Assembly: GCF_004010195.1 (NCBI RefSeq)
Contig: NC_057751.1
Span: 8,997,611-9,061,610 of the forward strand
Length of the DNA stretch: 64,000 bases
Source: Chiloscyllium plagiosum
Taxonomy: Eukaryota
Direction: 5' to 3'
Shown: positions 1-13,520 of the stretch, piece by piece
Layout of the letters: every line of letters starts with the position of its first letter
How positions within the stretch are numbered: the first letter of the stretch is position 1
Position numbers and translations under genes: made by a program
Notes under the pieces: model-generated
What the model saw: only the letters and a program-made list of their open reading frames with translations
Databases searched by the model: none
Told to the model about the DNA's origin: nothing

Positions 1-399
1 ATTTGAGGTGTAGACAAGGTTAATGCAGGAAGATATTCATTTTCTAAGAAATAATCTTTGGCATGTGATTTGTGCATTTAAGGGTTTGGTTAGCACTGGG
101 GATTGAAAGATTTTCATGTCAAGTGTCAAGGACGTCATATTGTCAGTGCCACGTGGACTAAGGTCATATACATTACAGGTTAAATGCAGATACGTCTGAA
201 AAATATCCTATTAATGTACTGCTATGTTCAACTTAGTGCTTAAGTAAACTTTGAAGACTCATGTCTACTTTGTGGGCACGGATCTCCAGCATCTGCAGAC
301 CTCAGTTTTTCCACAGATTACACCTAACCTAATGTTCCCGGTCCAACAGTCACTTATGGAATAATGCAGAAAGAGTTCCTGTTTTGGACTAACGTGTAC

Positions 400-720
400 A
401 AACTTTACCTTGAGAAACTTAAATACAAGAATCTCAGCTGCCACTCCAGGTCAGTACTCAGGGGAGGTTTACTTGACAGAACTGCCATGAAACCAAAGAC
501 CAGTCTGCCCTTTGAGACCAAGCAACATTATTTCAAACAGAATGGAATTTGTTTCCAGTAATTTATTTCTGAGCAATATTTATCCCTCAAACCAACATTG
601 CAAAATATCGGACAAGAGTAACTACACATCAAAAAGTAATTAACTACCTGGAAAGGCCTTTGATAAGTCCTTAGCTTGTGAAAGATGTGATAGAAATTCA
701 AGTGTTCTTCTTCATTCTTT
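400..720 (+). mobile_element. Old Deu-type SINE (SacSINE1/AmnSINE-like), degraded
   Basis: cagtactcagggga..., caatatttatccctcaaaccaacat and tail gtgaaagatgtgatagaaattcaagt; similar copies at 20880, 26630 and 49430. Confidence 0.5.
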
Positions 721-861
721 GATGCTGAAGATGATACAAGATTCTACTCCTAATCATGAACATTTTGTATTAATTAACACTAAATTCAATAAACACCTTT
801 ATTTTAAACATGTGAAGTAAACTAATCCAATTCTTTCGATCAGCTTTGTTATTTGAAAATA

Positions 862-965
862 TTAACAGAAAGTGCTGGAGAAACTCAGCATGTCCAACAG
901 CATCTGTGGAAAGACAATACAGAATTAATGTTTCAAGTCCATCTGACCTGTCTTTGGAACATAAG
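862..965 (-). mobile_element. Degenerate PLE pseudo-LTR fragment (family A-like)
   Basis: gctggagaaactcagc...cagcatctgtggaaaga...ttaatgtttcaagtcc matches the arms at 20567 and 27120. Confidence 0.5.
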
Positions 966-1314
966 AGGCTGCAACCTGATGGTTTGCATCTGTTGACTAA
1001 GTTGTAGGAGGAGCAAGTGAAATAGATGGTGATGGTGCCCAGACCAAAGAGCAAAAAATAATGATAGGAGAGATATCAACAAAATATGTTAAAGATGTGC
1101 ATGAACAACAGAAAATAGGTAATCTTAGCTGAGAGCAAATCCATGCAAACAGAACACTGTCTGATTGTTATAACTCTAACAGTCAAATGTGAAATATTTA
1201 TTTTAATTTGCATGGATCTCACTGGCTAAGCTGCATTTATTGCCCAAAGGGGAAATAAGAGTCAACCACAAAGCTGTGGATGTGTATTCAAATGTAGGTG
1301 AGACAGAGTAAGTT

Positions 1315-2380
1315 TTTAAAAATTCATTCTTGGGATGTGGGTATCGCTAACTGCCCAGTATTTATTGCCCATCTGGAGCAATAGTTAGCATGCTAATTCC
1401 AGCAATAATTGCTATGGCAAAAGCAATGGTTGCCCCAAAGAAGGTGGCAATCAGCTGACTTCTTGAACCACATCAGTCCACCTACTATGGGTTGACCCAC
1501 AATGCCATTAGAGAATTCCAAAATTTTGACCAGTGAGAGTGAAGGAATGGCGATATACTTCCAAGTTAGGAAGTGGCTGGCTTGCAGTGAGCAAGTTTTT
1601 CCGAAGCAAGTGCTGCTTGACAGCACTGTTGATGACACCTGCCATCATTTTATTTATGATCTAGACTGGGCTGATAGGGTGGTAATGGCCAGGTTGCATT
1701 TGTCCTGCTTTTTCAGGACATAGCAGGTCAATTTCTTATATTGCTGGGTAGATGCCAGTGTTGTAACTATGCTGACAGAGCTTTTCTCAGTGAGTGGCAA
1801 GTTCCAGAGCACAAGTCTTTAATATTGTTGCCTTAATGTTGTCAGTGCCAAAAGCCTTTAAAGTCTCAAGAGCGTTCAAATGTTTCTTAATATCACACGG
1901 TGTGAATCAACTTGGTTGAAAACTGATACCTGTGATGCTGGGGAAGGAGGCTGAAATGGAATATATACTTCTGGCTGAAAATTGCTGCGAGTGCTTCAGT
2001 CTTTGCACTGATGTGCTGGGCTCTTCCATCATTGAGGGTGAGGATATTCATGGAGGCACCTCCTCCAGTGAGTTGTTTAATTGTTCACCACCATTCACAA
2101 CTGGATATGGCAGGACTGCTGAGCTGAAATCTGACCCTTTGGTTGTCGGATCACTTACCTGTTTACTTACTGCTTATGATGTTTGGTAGCTTCACCAAGT
2201 GATGACCACATTTTTAGGTCTGCCTGATGCTGCTCTTGGCATGCCCTCCTGCACTCTCCAAAGAACCAGAGTTGGTTTCCTGGCTTGGTGGTAATCGTTG
2301 TAGGGGACAAGCTGGGCCAGATTGTTGAGACTGTAGTGATTGATACAGTTGAATGGCTTGCTAGGTCTTTTCAGAGAGCA
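1315..2380 (-). mobile_element. Fragmented CR1-group (Zenon/L2-like) LINE
   Basis: Shares 3' end (attcattcttgggatgtggg...atttattgccc) and internal segments with copies at 6455 and 30990. Confidence 0.6.
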
Positions 2381-2615
2381 GTTGAGAGTTAACCACATTG
2401 CTGGATGATATGTTTTCTTCACTTAAGGACATCAGTGAACCAGATGGTTTTTATGAGAGTCGACAGTAGCTACATGGTCACGACTAGCTTTTAATTTCAG
2501 ACTTTTATTGAATTTAAATTTCAACATCTGCCATGATGGGCTTTGAACCCATCTCCCCAGAACAATAACCTGGGGTTGAGGATTACTCATGACATGACAA
2601 GGATGCCACCACCTT
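2380..2615 (-). mobile_element. tRNA-derived SINE (family S2), degraded
   Basis: agtgaaccagatgg...ttattgaattt...catctgccatgatggg...ttgaaccc matches the fuller copies at 11983 and 42505. Confidence 0.55.
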
Positions 2616-3057
2616 CTCATCTACTATTGTTATTTTCTTTACAGCTGTTCAGAGGTGATTTTAGCTCATTTGTAGAAAATGCCAAGGTTACATGTCATGA
2701 TGACCCTCATTGTGGTAAGAGGATTATGATCCACTGGCCCAGCTGTTGTGGGATATACTTACTTGATATGATTATGAGACACATCAGATCCCCAACATGA
2801 ACCTAGCTGGATAGATCACGAATATTTAAAATTTCTTTGTTACTAAAGTTATCTTTCATTAAAGTCTACAGACACAGTGTTGCAGTCTTTGTTTTATCAA
2901 TGAAAAAAACAAAAACTTTATCATAACAAGAAAAAACACACTATTCCCTTATAACTCACAATCAAAGATGTTTAAACACAATTTGTAAATAATCCAACTA
3001 TTATTGTGCTCCCAATTTAGCTTTCCTTCAGTGCTATACTATCTACAGAAAATCAGA

Positions 3058-3605
3058 GCAACAGGATGTTTCCTGACGGAGCATTTCAGCTGTGAAGAGA
3101 GGCTAAATAAACTTGGGTTATCTTCTATGGAGTGGAGAAGACTGATGGTAACCTGACTGAGGGGTATAGGATTATGAGGGGCATGAACAGGATGGATACA
3201 GTGCAGCGCATTCCTTCAGCTGAAGGGTAAAGAACAAGAGGCACACTTTTAAAGTGAAAGGCAGGAGGTTTAGAGGAGATTTCAGGAGAACTTTTTCACC
3301 CAGAGATTGATAGGAGTCTGGAATGCACTGCCTGGGAGGCTAATTGAGGTGGGTAACTTCACAACTTTTAAAAGCATTTGGATGAACACTTGAAGTGTTA
3401 AAATATTCAGGCACTTAGCTCAGAGCCTTGAATATTATGACATTTCAAATGCTCATCCTCGTACATTTTTTCAACATTGCAAAGTTGTTCCATAACATTC
3501 AAGGCTGTGGGCAGTGTGGGAAAGTGGGACTAATGTAGGCAACAGTGTTTTTTGCAGTACAGACTTGATTGGCCAAAGGACCTCTTCTGTACGATATGAG
3601 TATAC
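3058..3605 (+). mobile_element. CR1 LINE 3' fragment with internal inverted segment
   Basis: Degenerate RT C-terminal motifs (FFTQR..GVWNALP) and CR1-type tail ggccaaaggacctcttctgt. Confidence 0.8.
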
Positions 3606-3619
3606 AGTTCTGTGAAGTT

Positions 3620-4200
3620 GTTGAACACAACAATGTTGAGTCCTGAAGGCCATAAAGTGCCTCAGCTTGTGTTTGGCTTTGCTGGACACATGTGAGCATG
3701 TGAGGAAGATGGTGCATTGAAATGGCAAGGAATTGGAATGTTGTGGTAACTCTTACATCCAGAATGGAGGTATTTCACCAAGTGGCCACTCAGGTTGTGT
3801 CTGGTCTCACCAATATACAGACTACATTCTGAGCAATTAATACAGTACATTGGATTGAAAAAAAAGTGCAAGTAAATCACTGCTTCACCTGAAGGATTTA
3901 GGTACAGGATAAAGGCAAATTCTAAAACTGATATGTACACCTTGGAAGGTACCTTGCAGAGGTGAATACGTGTCACAAAGGAAGTGGTCCCTGAAAAACA
4001 CTGCCAAGGTAGGGGAGGGGAGGATGTGTTTGGTTGTGGCATCTTGCTGGTGGAGGTTAACCCTTTGACTGCAGAGACTGGTAAGGTGTAGAGTGAGAAC
4101 AAGAAAAGCCTTTTTGTTGAAGTGGGAGGGAGGAGAAGGGTGAGGGCAGAAGTATGGGAAATGTGTTGGACTTGGCTGAGGGCCCTGTTAACCATGGTGA
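3620..4200 (-). mobile_element. Penelope-like element fragment, GIY-YIG endonuclease remnant
   Basis: ORF 3662..4195 contains YCINCSECSLYIGETRHNL..HL, the Y-C-I-x-C-x2-C-x2-3-YIGET motif of PLE GIY-YIG. Confidence 0.8.
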
Positions 4201-5234
4201 GGGTTGGAGCAATCTTTTGTTCTTGACTAACTCAAGACAATATCAAAATAATATTGGCATGATAACATTTCTATTTATAACTTCAAACAGAACAGTACCA
4301 ATAAGGAAACCTGGGAGGAGCTGTCAGTAGCCTATGAATGACACATAAAATGTGACAAGAGGCCATTGAAGGGTCTCAATCCCCTGTCACCATTCTGTGG
4401 AAGCAGAAGATTTGTGCATGCAGGAATTATGTAATCTTTAGCTGTTGAGCCTGGTGTCTGGCATGGGACGTCGATCTCCTTTGAAACCCCCGTGCTCTTT
4501 AGAAACACTATCAACTCAAGATCACAATTCCCTCAGTTCTCAACCCTGCTCGACCCTCTCCAACCTCGTCCCCAAACTCTCTCACCCAGACTTGCTAGCC
4601 TGACCCAAGAAAAGTCCCTTGCATTTTCTTTTCTTTCTGACTCCAGCAACAATCTCCACTGGGTATTGCCTGTCTTCTCAGCACTGACCACTGCTTCCAG
4701 CTAGTGCTGTTGGGGCCACAGAGTCGCCAGACATTCAACTCACCAGCACATCTTGGAGATAGGACTTCCTAATCTTGAAGGCCAAAAGTCTTGGCCACCA
4801 GCCGATTCATGATTAATTCACCTTTAGATAATGGTGAGGCAGCTATTCTTTCCCTCCGAAGATTCCCTATCAACATTTTAGCCAGTGCAGGGAGTGAAAG
4901 GATGGAACATCAGGGACCATGACACTGCATAAAATTCAGCTCTCTGTTCCAGTCACTGCCAGAGGTTTTCTGTTAGGAGTGAAGCAAGGAGAACCAAAAG
5001 CAACTATGAAAGCCAGGACGTCTGATTGGCAAAGAAACAAATTGGGTAATCAGCTTAAGAAGAAACATTTGCATGGCTTCAGAGAAAGAATGGATAAATA
5101 AGGCTTGCTGAATTACTCTTACTGGTAGTATAGACACAATGGAGTAGTGGTGCATCTGATGCCTTAGTTGATGCAAGTTATCTGTCCGATTTTATTACTT
5201 TTTAAAATTTGACAGCAGACTTTGGCTTGCTGGA

Positions 5235-5445
5235 ACATTTCAGAGAGCCTTGCTGTGGATGTGGAGTTACGTGGAGGCCAGACAAGGTAAGGAAAGCAGG
5301 TTTTCCTTGCCTAAGGAAGATGAGTGAACCAGATGGGTTTTAAACATCAATCGACAATTATTTCATGGTCATTAGGCTTTTAATTTGAGATTTTTATTGA
5401 ATTTGAACATTACTATCTCCTGTGGTAGGATTTGAACCCAGATCC
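5235..5445 (-). mobile_element. tRNA-derived SINE (family S2), partial
   Basis: ggccagacaaggtaagg...agtgaaccagatggg...ggatttgaaccc matches the 11983-12317 copy. Confidence 0.55.
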
Positions 5446-6454
5446 TAAAACGACACCCCTACCTACGACTGCAGTGACTTGTTCAAAAGATTACCCTTAC
5501 ATAGTGATGCAACCAATCAAAAAAGTCACCATAATTTTCTTAAATGATCTTATGTTGGTGGTTTAAGAAAAAGAGTTCCTGTATCGCTTTGCAGTAATGT
5601 CTTCTGCAGTGACAGTGTGTAAGTGTCAGATGAGTACATGGTTGGGGTCAGCAGGCGTGGTATCAATGTACACTTTGCATCTGACTGCATACATGAACAA
5701 TGGGAACTGAGCAAATTTGAAAATGTAAGCCGGGAAAGGATCAATAGCAGCAGTCGAGAAAGAAGATGTCTGAAGTTTTATGAGGAGAAGAAGAAAAATC
5801 TCCATTTTACATTTTTAAGTTGTTGTTGAGATAGAGCCCGCAAATAACATTATTGTGATTTAAAGCCGGGATTATCAAACAATATGTGTCCGATTTCTCG
5901 TCTCATATACATCTGGGCTTGATTTCCTGTCAGAGCAAAGGATTCAGGAAACTTACAGATTTTTTGGAAAATGCAAGTTGTCCCTTTTGGGCATTTGCTC
6001 TTGTTTCGAACAGCATGCGTGTGGGTATTGATGTTGTCACACATTCCTCGTGAGTTTATTGTCAATGGGATGTGAAAATAAACTGATGAATAATCTGATG
6101 GATCATCCATTTCTCATGGCTCCCATTACAACCTTTTTTGAATTTTTTCTATTTTGTTGAAGTTACTCCATACTGAGTTTACAAGTTCTTGGAGCAATGG
6201 AAGGGAATGACATACACATTTCTTTTAATTTCAAATAACTGGACTGTTCTATCCCAATGCTCTGGTGGTCAGGAACTCCATCACCTGAGGCAAATGGATG
6301 CCAATGTGTGTGCCAGTGTTCCTGAGTTGGGACAGAAATTTACATCCAAGAATCTGATCAATGTCACGTGCCACCTTTCAAGTCTTCTTCTGACAGTGGA
6401 AAACATGAAAAGCCCAAATTTCACCAAGTTTCTTTGAAGCCATTCTGGTTATGT

Positions 6455-7345
6455 TGTTTTTATTCACTCAGAGGACTTGAGCATTAATTACTGGGCCAGC
6501 ATTTATTGTCTGTCCCTGGGTGACATTGAGAATGTGGTGGTGAGCTGCCACCCTGAATCGCTGCAGTTCATGTAGTTGGACCAGCAATGCCATTCAAGGG
6601 AATTCCAGGATTTTGACCCAGCAGCGCAGAAGGAATGGCAATAAATTTCCAAGTCAGAACGATGATTGGCTTGGAGGGGAACTTGCACTTGGTGGTATTC
6701 CCAGGTATCTGCTGCCCTTATCCTTTTATATGGAAGTGATTGTGAGTTTCGCAGATATTGTCTAAAGAGCGAAGGTGAATTTATGCAGTGCATCTTGCAA
6801 ATAGTACACATGCTGTTAAAGAGCATCGTTGGTAGAGGAAGCAATTCCTTGTGGATGCCGTGGATGGTGTCAAGCTTCTTGAATATTGTTGGAGTTGCAC
6901 TCATCCTGGCATGTGTGGAGTATTCCATCACATTCCTGACTTGGGGCTTGTCAATGTTGAACAGGCTTTGGTGAGTCAGGAGGTGAGTTACTCGCTGCAG
7001 TAGTCTGATCCTCTGACTCCTGCTTGAGTAATTGTATTTATATGGTGAGTCCAATTGAGTTTGTGGTGTTGACACCATTGAATGTCAAGGGGCAATGGTT
7101 ACATCGTGTCTGATTCAAGTGGCCATTGCCTATTAATCATGTGGTATGAATGTTTCTTGTCACTTTTCAGTTAAAGCCGGACATTATCCATGTATATGGC
7201 TGTAATTGGGCATGGACTGCTTCAGTACCTGAGGACTCGTGAATGGGGCTGAACGCTGTGCAATCATCAGTGAACATGCCAACTTCTGGCCTTATGATGG
7301 AGGCAAGATCATTGGTGAAGGAACTACAGATGGTTCGGCTTAGGG
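6455..7345 (-). mobile_element. CR1-group (Zenon/L2-like) LINE 3' fragment
   Basis: ORF 6503..7078: THLLTHQSL..KPQVRNVMEYS...FKKLDTI...SKSWNSL, RT C-terminal motifs. Confidence 0.8.
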
Positions 7346-7672
7346 ATGATGTTGACTGTCAATTTTCTCATGGTCTTCCGCATAGATTCAGTTCGCTATT
7401 CATTATAAGCAAGATTCAAAGACAATTAGTTGATTGCTGCACCGGAAATTCTTCATAACAGAAGAATGATTTCCTCTCGCAACTTCCATACATGCAATCA
7501 CAACAGCCTTCCCACCCCATAAGTAGTTGCTTTCTTTCCTTGTCTAGGTTGAGGGAGAAATGCTCATCAGCACTCTGGAAGAGTTCCTTGCTATTCTTGA
7601 AATGACCATTTAAAATTGCAGCAGGAGAGAGCCTCATTAAACTGCATCCAAAAGATGACATCTCTAACAATG

Positions 7673-7802
7673 ATGTGGAGATGCCGGTGTGGGACTGGGG
7701 TGGACAAAGTTAAAAATCACACAACACACGCTGTTGGAGCGCTGCTCCTTCGTCAGGTAGCTCGTGGGGCAGGATCATAGAACACAGAATTTATAGTAGA
7801 AG
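7673..7802 (-). mobile_element. PLE pseudo-LTR fragment (family B) with 13-bp TSD, inside an old Deu-type SINE
   Basis: atctctaacaatg at 7660-7672 and 7803-7815; internal aaaaatcacacaacac and ggagcgctgctccttcgtcagg (hammerhead remnant lacking GAAA). Confidence 0.75.
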
Positions 7803-8556
7803 ATCTCTAACAATGCAACACTCTCTCACTGAAGTGGAGCATCAATCTAAATTTGTGCTCACACTTGAAAAGTGAAGTCACGATGTTGTATGGTGAGAGA
7901 CTAATCCAATAAGTCAAGCTGACATGGCTTCTTATGGACTTGACACTACAGAAGAGAAACATTTAGGATATTTACAAAATCCCAACACAGATGGAGGGAG
8001 GAACCCTGCCAAGATGACAATTTCCAATCCCTATCCAGTGAACCTATCCACAAAGTCTCCATAAGGGCATATTTGCCATGAGCTGTGTTGTTAACCCCAG
8101 GTGAGAAGACAAATGGAACTTCAGAAGAACTGAGTAAAATGATCATATCTTTGGAACCAAGTTCCAGCACAAGTTATCATTCTAAGTAAATGACATGAAA
8201 AACTCACAAAGGTGAAACCTCAATCTATTACCTTGTGGTATATAAGCATCTTTGTTCTTTTAGCAGAAATGCACACTTGAGAACAACTTCTACATCTCTT
8301 GTCAGCAAAATAATTCAACAAAAGAAATATAACAATGCTCCAATCATTACAAAGGTTTTAACCCACTTAGGATTTGTTCAGTACCTAATTATTAGGGTAC
8401 TACAAGTAAATAATAGTACATAAAAAGATCTTCTAAATTAGTTTTTCCACACCTGCTTAGCACTCAATTAGCTGGTGGGTCTGCAAATCAATGGCTTCCA
8501 AATTATTCAATGCCTATTGAAGCATGTCCTGCATTACTTGAAGAATTGATAGGAAC

Positions 8557-9056
8557 NNNNNNNNNNNNNNNNNNNNNNNNNNNNNNNNNNNNNNNNNNNN
8601 NNNNNNNNNNNNNNNNNNNNNNNNNNNNNNNNNNNNNNNNNNNNNNNNNNNNNNNNNNNNNNNNNNNNNNNNNNNNNNNNNNNNNNNNNNNNNNNNNNNN
8701 NNNNNNNNNNNNNNNNNNNNNNNNNNNNNNNNNNNNNNNNNNNNNNNNNNNNNNNNNNNNNNNNNNNNNNNNNNNNNNNNNNNNNNNNNNNNNNNNNNNN
8801 NNNNNNNNNNNNNNNNNNNNNNNNNNNNNNNNNNNNNNNNNNNNNNNNNNNNNNNNNNNNNNNNNNNNNNNNNNNNNNNNNNNNNNNNNNNNNNNNNNNN
8901 NNNNNNNNNNNNNNNNNNNNNNNNNNNNNNNNNNNNNNNNNNNNNNNNNNNNNNNNNNNNNNNNNNNNNNNNNNNNNNNNNNNNNNNNNNNNNNNNNNNN
9001 NNNNNNNNNNNNNNNNNNNNNNNNNNNNNNNNNNNNNNNNNNNNNNNNNNNNNNNN
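8557..9056. other. Assembly gap (exactly 500 N)
   Basis: N run. Confidence 0.98.
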
Positions 9057-9199
9057 TTTTGCATGTTGCAAATAAGGCACACTCCCTACCAATCTCTAGA
9101 ACTCAGAAATTTATATTGTTACATTTGATAAGTTTCAACATGATCAGAACTGTTTCAAACTCACTTGCCATTTCTATGAAATAATTCAACATTTCTCGG

Positions 9200-9850
9200 C
9201 AACTGCATTCTGCAATGCCTGATCTTTGATCTTTCTTCCAGTCCCTCTTCCATGCCTCATTGGAACTTGACCCCACCATTCTCAAGCAATACATTCCAGA
9301 TCCTAACTACTTGCTGCATAAAAATCTTTTTCTTTATGTTGCCAAATGCTTCTTTTGCCAATTATCTGAAATCCATGTCCTTTTGTTCTCAATCCTTGCA
9401 ACAATGGGAACATTTTTTTCTGAATCTACTCTGTCAAGACCTCCCATGATTTTGGATGCCTTCATTAAATCTCCTCTCAATGTTTTATTCTTCAGGGAAA
9501 GCAGTCCTAACTTCTCCAACCTCTCTTAGCAACCAAAGTTCCTCATCTGTGGAACCATTCTTGTGAATTATCTGCACCCTGTCGAAGGCCCTCACATCTT
9601 TCTCAGAAATGTTGCACCCAGAATTGGATGTAATATTCCACTTGAGGCCAAGCCAGTGTTTGGTATTTGGGTCTGAAATAACTTGCTTGCTTTTGTACTC
9701 TGTGCGCCAATTAATAAAGCCGAGATTGCCATATATTTTAGTAATCACATTTTCGAGCTGCCAGGCCACTTTCAATTATTTGTACACTTGGGTTCCCCTG
9801 CTCCTCCATCCTCTTTAGAATCGTATCTTTAATTTAAACTGTCACTCCAT
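9200..9850 (-). mobile_element. CR1 LINE 3' fragment
   Basis: ORF 9334..9519 EKLGLLSL...LRGDLMKASKIMGGLDRVD is the CR1 ORF2 C-terminal motif. Confidence 0.75.
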
Positions 9851-11849
9851 GTCCTCCCTATCCAAACACTGAGCACCCAATTGTGAATAAGCTTGTAACT
9901 TTTCCGATTCTCCAATTCTCTGGCATCAGTCTGTTTCCTCTAAGGAGTACAGGAAATAAAAGACCCTTGGCTGCACAATTTCCACTCTCTGTTCCTTCAA
10001 TATCTTTGGATGCATTTCATCCCGTACTGTTATCTGATCAATTGATCCAATATGACTGCATTATTAATATAAAAAAAAACTTCAAGTGTCTGAATTTCAA
10101 ACTCTTTTGTTCCTTGTAAAAGGAATGTTATGACATTGTTCGTTAAATAAAAGATCTCAGATATGACTACTGGCTCATGTATAAATCCCTTTCTCGGTGT
10201 CTAATTGGCCTCACTTCTCCTATTACCAACATTTCACTGTTACGTGATCATAGAAGGCTTTTGGATTCCCTTTTCATTAGCTTACTTTCTCTTTTCAGAC
10301 CTCTGCTTTTCTGATTTGCTTTTTAAATTCTGTACTCAGTCTGGATCTCATTTCTTTCATCCACCTGCTATTGGTCTTAAGTGTACTAATTCATCTTTAT
10401 TTTGACTCCTATATCTGTACTTGTTCAGGAAGCTCCGGATTTGTTTGCCTTGCCTTTCTCCACCATGTGACTATACTTTGATGTGGCTGGTCTAGTTCTT
10501 CGTTAAAAGTAACTCATTGTTCACTTCTACAGTTTTGCAAACCAATGTTTGATTTCAATTTATTTATGTCAGATTTTACTCCAATGAAGTTTTTCCAGTT
10601 AATTATTCTGGATTATTCTGATTTTTCTCTGCCCTTCTCTGGAGACAACTAAATCTTCAGCAAATTTGAAAGAAATGTGAGAAGTTATTTAATAAATTTG
10701 GAGGTATGCTTACCAAAATTTAGTGGCATTCTCAGGTGTAACATAATCAAGATGGACACTGATAAAATACAGCAAATGTAAGAAGCATAAACAATACACT
10801 GTTAAACAGTAAAATAAAAAAAATAATAACTTTGGATGCCCTGCTTCAGGGACATGACGTGATTGATTAAGATGGCCTTGGAAGCTCAAGGCAACAAAAC
10901 AAAGGCCAAGATTTCTCTTCTCCCAATGAATGACAAAGCTTTCCTGTTTCCTTGGATTTCAACAGGTAAAACATGAGCACAATCCAAAATGTGGAAATAG
11001 CTTACTTGATCTTGACATTGCATCTCTTTCTAAGAAATATGACATCTTGATGGAAACTGAAAATTGAATAGAACTAGTTGATTGTCAAGTGTTTGTGAAA
11101 AACATGACCAGCAGAAAAAGTAGACACTGATCAAAAGAAGAGACGTTAAAATTTAGCAGACTCTCATCAAAGGTGTGCATTCTAAGGAAGGTTTGAAAGG
11201 ACAAAAGGAAAGTGACAAGGTGGAGAGGCCATTACAGGCGCACAGGAGATTATGGAAATTATGAAGGCCATTCAAGGTTTCTAAAAAGAAACATAAAAAT
11301 GTTAAGTTCAGGAACTGGGACATCAGGAACCAATCTTGATCAGGGTGATGAATGAGCTGATATGGTGTGGTTTAGGATTAGATTCCTGAGGTTATGAGAA
11401 GCACAATATAAGTTCAAGCTCTTTCTCTTCACTTTTAACATAAGCAATTACCAAGAGAAATTACCAAATTGCTGGATATCCAAACTTGTCACTTTAGCCT
11501 GAATTCAAACACAAGGCCTCGAGTTTAAAGGACAAGTAACTTTGCACTGTGTCATCCAAAGCATTTATTGAATTATCATTAAACTTTACTATTCAGTAAA
11601 AATAATTTCATGACCTAAGAATGTTTCTCCATTTAGCCAAATGGTTTTTGAGTTGATTCATACTTGTGAGGAATGTACTTTGATCAAAAGAAAGAGATGG
11701 TAATGACTGCCTAGAGGTCATGACAATAGTTCAAGACATACACAATTCAGTAACTTCAAAACAGGGAGGAAACTCTCCACTAATTAAAGTCATACCTATC
11801 ACATTGGAGCTGCTGAAGGGAAATCTCCTAGCCTCATATAATGCTGTCG

Positions 11850-13075
11850 AGGGTCAACCCTGCTGCTTCACAAATTCCCTCCCTCTGTCATAAAGTGACA
11901 ATTGTATATGTTTGTTGATTTTATGACTCGTCAGATACAAAAGCTAGAGCTGGACAATATCCATGCTTAGGCTGATAAATGTATGTTTTTTATTCATGTA
12001 TGGGTTGTAGGTATCACTGGCATTTATTGCCCATCCCCAATTGCCCAGAACGTAGTTAAGAGTCAACCATGTATTGTGGATCTAGTGTCATATGTAGGCC
12101 TGATGAGGTGAGGATGGCATTTTCTCTCCCCAAAGAGCATAAGCGAACCAGATGGGATTTTCCTGACAATTGGATACTTATTCCCAGATTTTTTTTTCCT
12201 TGAATTCAAATTCCACGATATATTGTGGCAGGATATGAAACCAGGTCCCTAGAACATGACCAGGATATCTGTATTAACAATTGAGTGATAATACCACAAG
12301 GCCATTGCCTCCCCACCAATGTGAAGTAATAATTGTGCCAAACATGGGGCAGTCATAATCATCTCCAAAAAGAGAGAATCTAAACACCTCTCCTTGACAT
12401 TCAATGGCATTACCATGCTATATCAACATCCTGGGGGTTACCAGTGACCAGAAACTGAACTGCACCAGCTTGATAAATACTGTGGCTATAAGAGCAGGCA
12501 TGAGGCTGGGAATTCTGCAGTGAGTAACACACCTCCTGTCCACCATCTGTAAGGCACAAGTCAGGAGCGTTATGGAATACTGTCCGCTTATTCGGATAAG
12601 TACAACTCCAACAGAACTCAAATATTCAGGGTATAGCAGACCACCCGACTTACTACCCATCCACCACTCTGAACTTCATTTCTTTCACCAATGGTGCACA
12701 GTAACAGAAGGGTACACCATCTACTAGATGCAACATTTCATCCAGGGTCGTTCAGCTGCACGTTCCAAACCTGTGAGCTCTGCCATCTAACAGGACTGGG
12801 GCAGCAGAAGCAGATACATTGGAATGCCACCACTTGCAAATTCTACTCCGTCACATGTCATCCTGACATGTAATTAAATTACTGTTCGTTCATTGTTGCT
12901 GGCTCAAAATTCAGGAATTCCTTCCTAATTGCACCAAGGCTGTGCCAACACCAAATGGACTGCATTAGGTCAAGTTTCCTGGTGGTGAACTACCACTTCC
13001 TCAAGAGAAATTAGGGATGAGCAAATAGTGGCCTAGCCTGTAACTCCAACATCACATGAAAAAATCAGAAAAAAA
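11850..13075 (+). mobile_element. CR1-group (Zenon/L2-like) LINE 3' fragment interrupted by a SINE
   Basis: ctggacaatatccatgcttaggctgataa (LDNI.AWAD-like), aaggcacaagtcaggagcgttatggaatac (KAQVRSVMEY), tail aattagggatgagcaaata. Confidence 0.8.
11983..12317 (-). mobile_element. Full-length tRNA-derived SINE (family S2) with 5-bp TSD
   Basis: Minus-strand head ggggaggcaatggccttgtggt (A-box-like), B-box-like ggtttcatatcc, A-rich tail; aatgt at 11978-11982 and 12318-12322. Confidence 0.75.
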
Positions 13076-13129
13076 ACAAACAAAGATTAAGGGAATAGAA
13101 TACAATTACCCAAGATAAGAGTCTATCTT

Positions 13130-13520
13130 ACATTGCAACAACAACTTGCATTTATATATGCCTTTAACATCATAAAACTTGCCAAGACATTGCCCAAATT
13201 CACGTTTCACAATATTAAACAAAATTTGGCATCACAGTAGAAAGGGAAACATAAGGACAGATGACCAAAAATTTGACAAAGATGGATGTTTTAAGGAATG
13301 CCCTAAAGGATTAAAGAGAGGTCCAGAGACAGAGTTTATGGCAAGAATTCCAGAGCGTGGGGCCAAATGAGCTCAAAGCATGGTTTCCAATGCTGGAGCA
13401 ATTAAAATTTATGAATCTGAAGAAGCCTGAGATTTTGGATGTTTAGTGTTGATGGAGGTGAGAAATAAAGGAAGGGATAAGGGAAGGGAGGAATTTGAAA
13501 ATAAGGATGGGAATTTTAAA
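13130..13520 (-). mobile_element. L2-like LINE 3' end
   Basis: caacaacttgcatttatatatgcctttaac is the reverse complement of the tail seen on + at 34030. Confidence 0.55.

Noticed and set aside
8510..9184. Long ORFs of 180-349 aa here and at 24218-24778 and 50231-51369
   Set aside because: They are open only because they read through N-gaps
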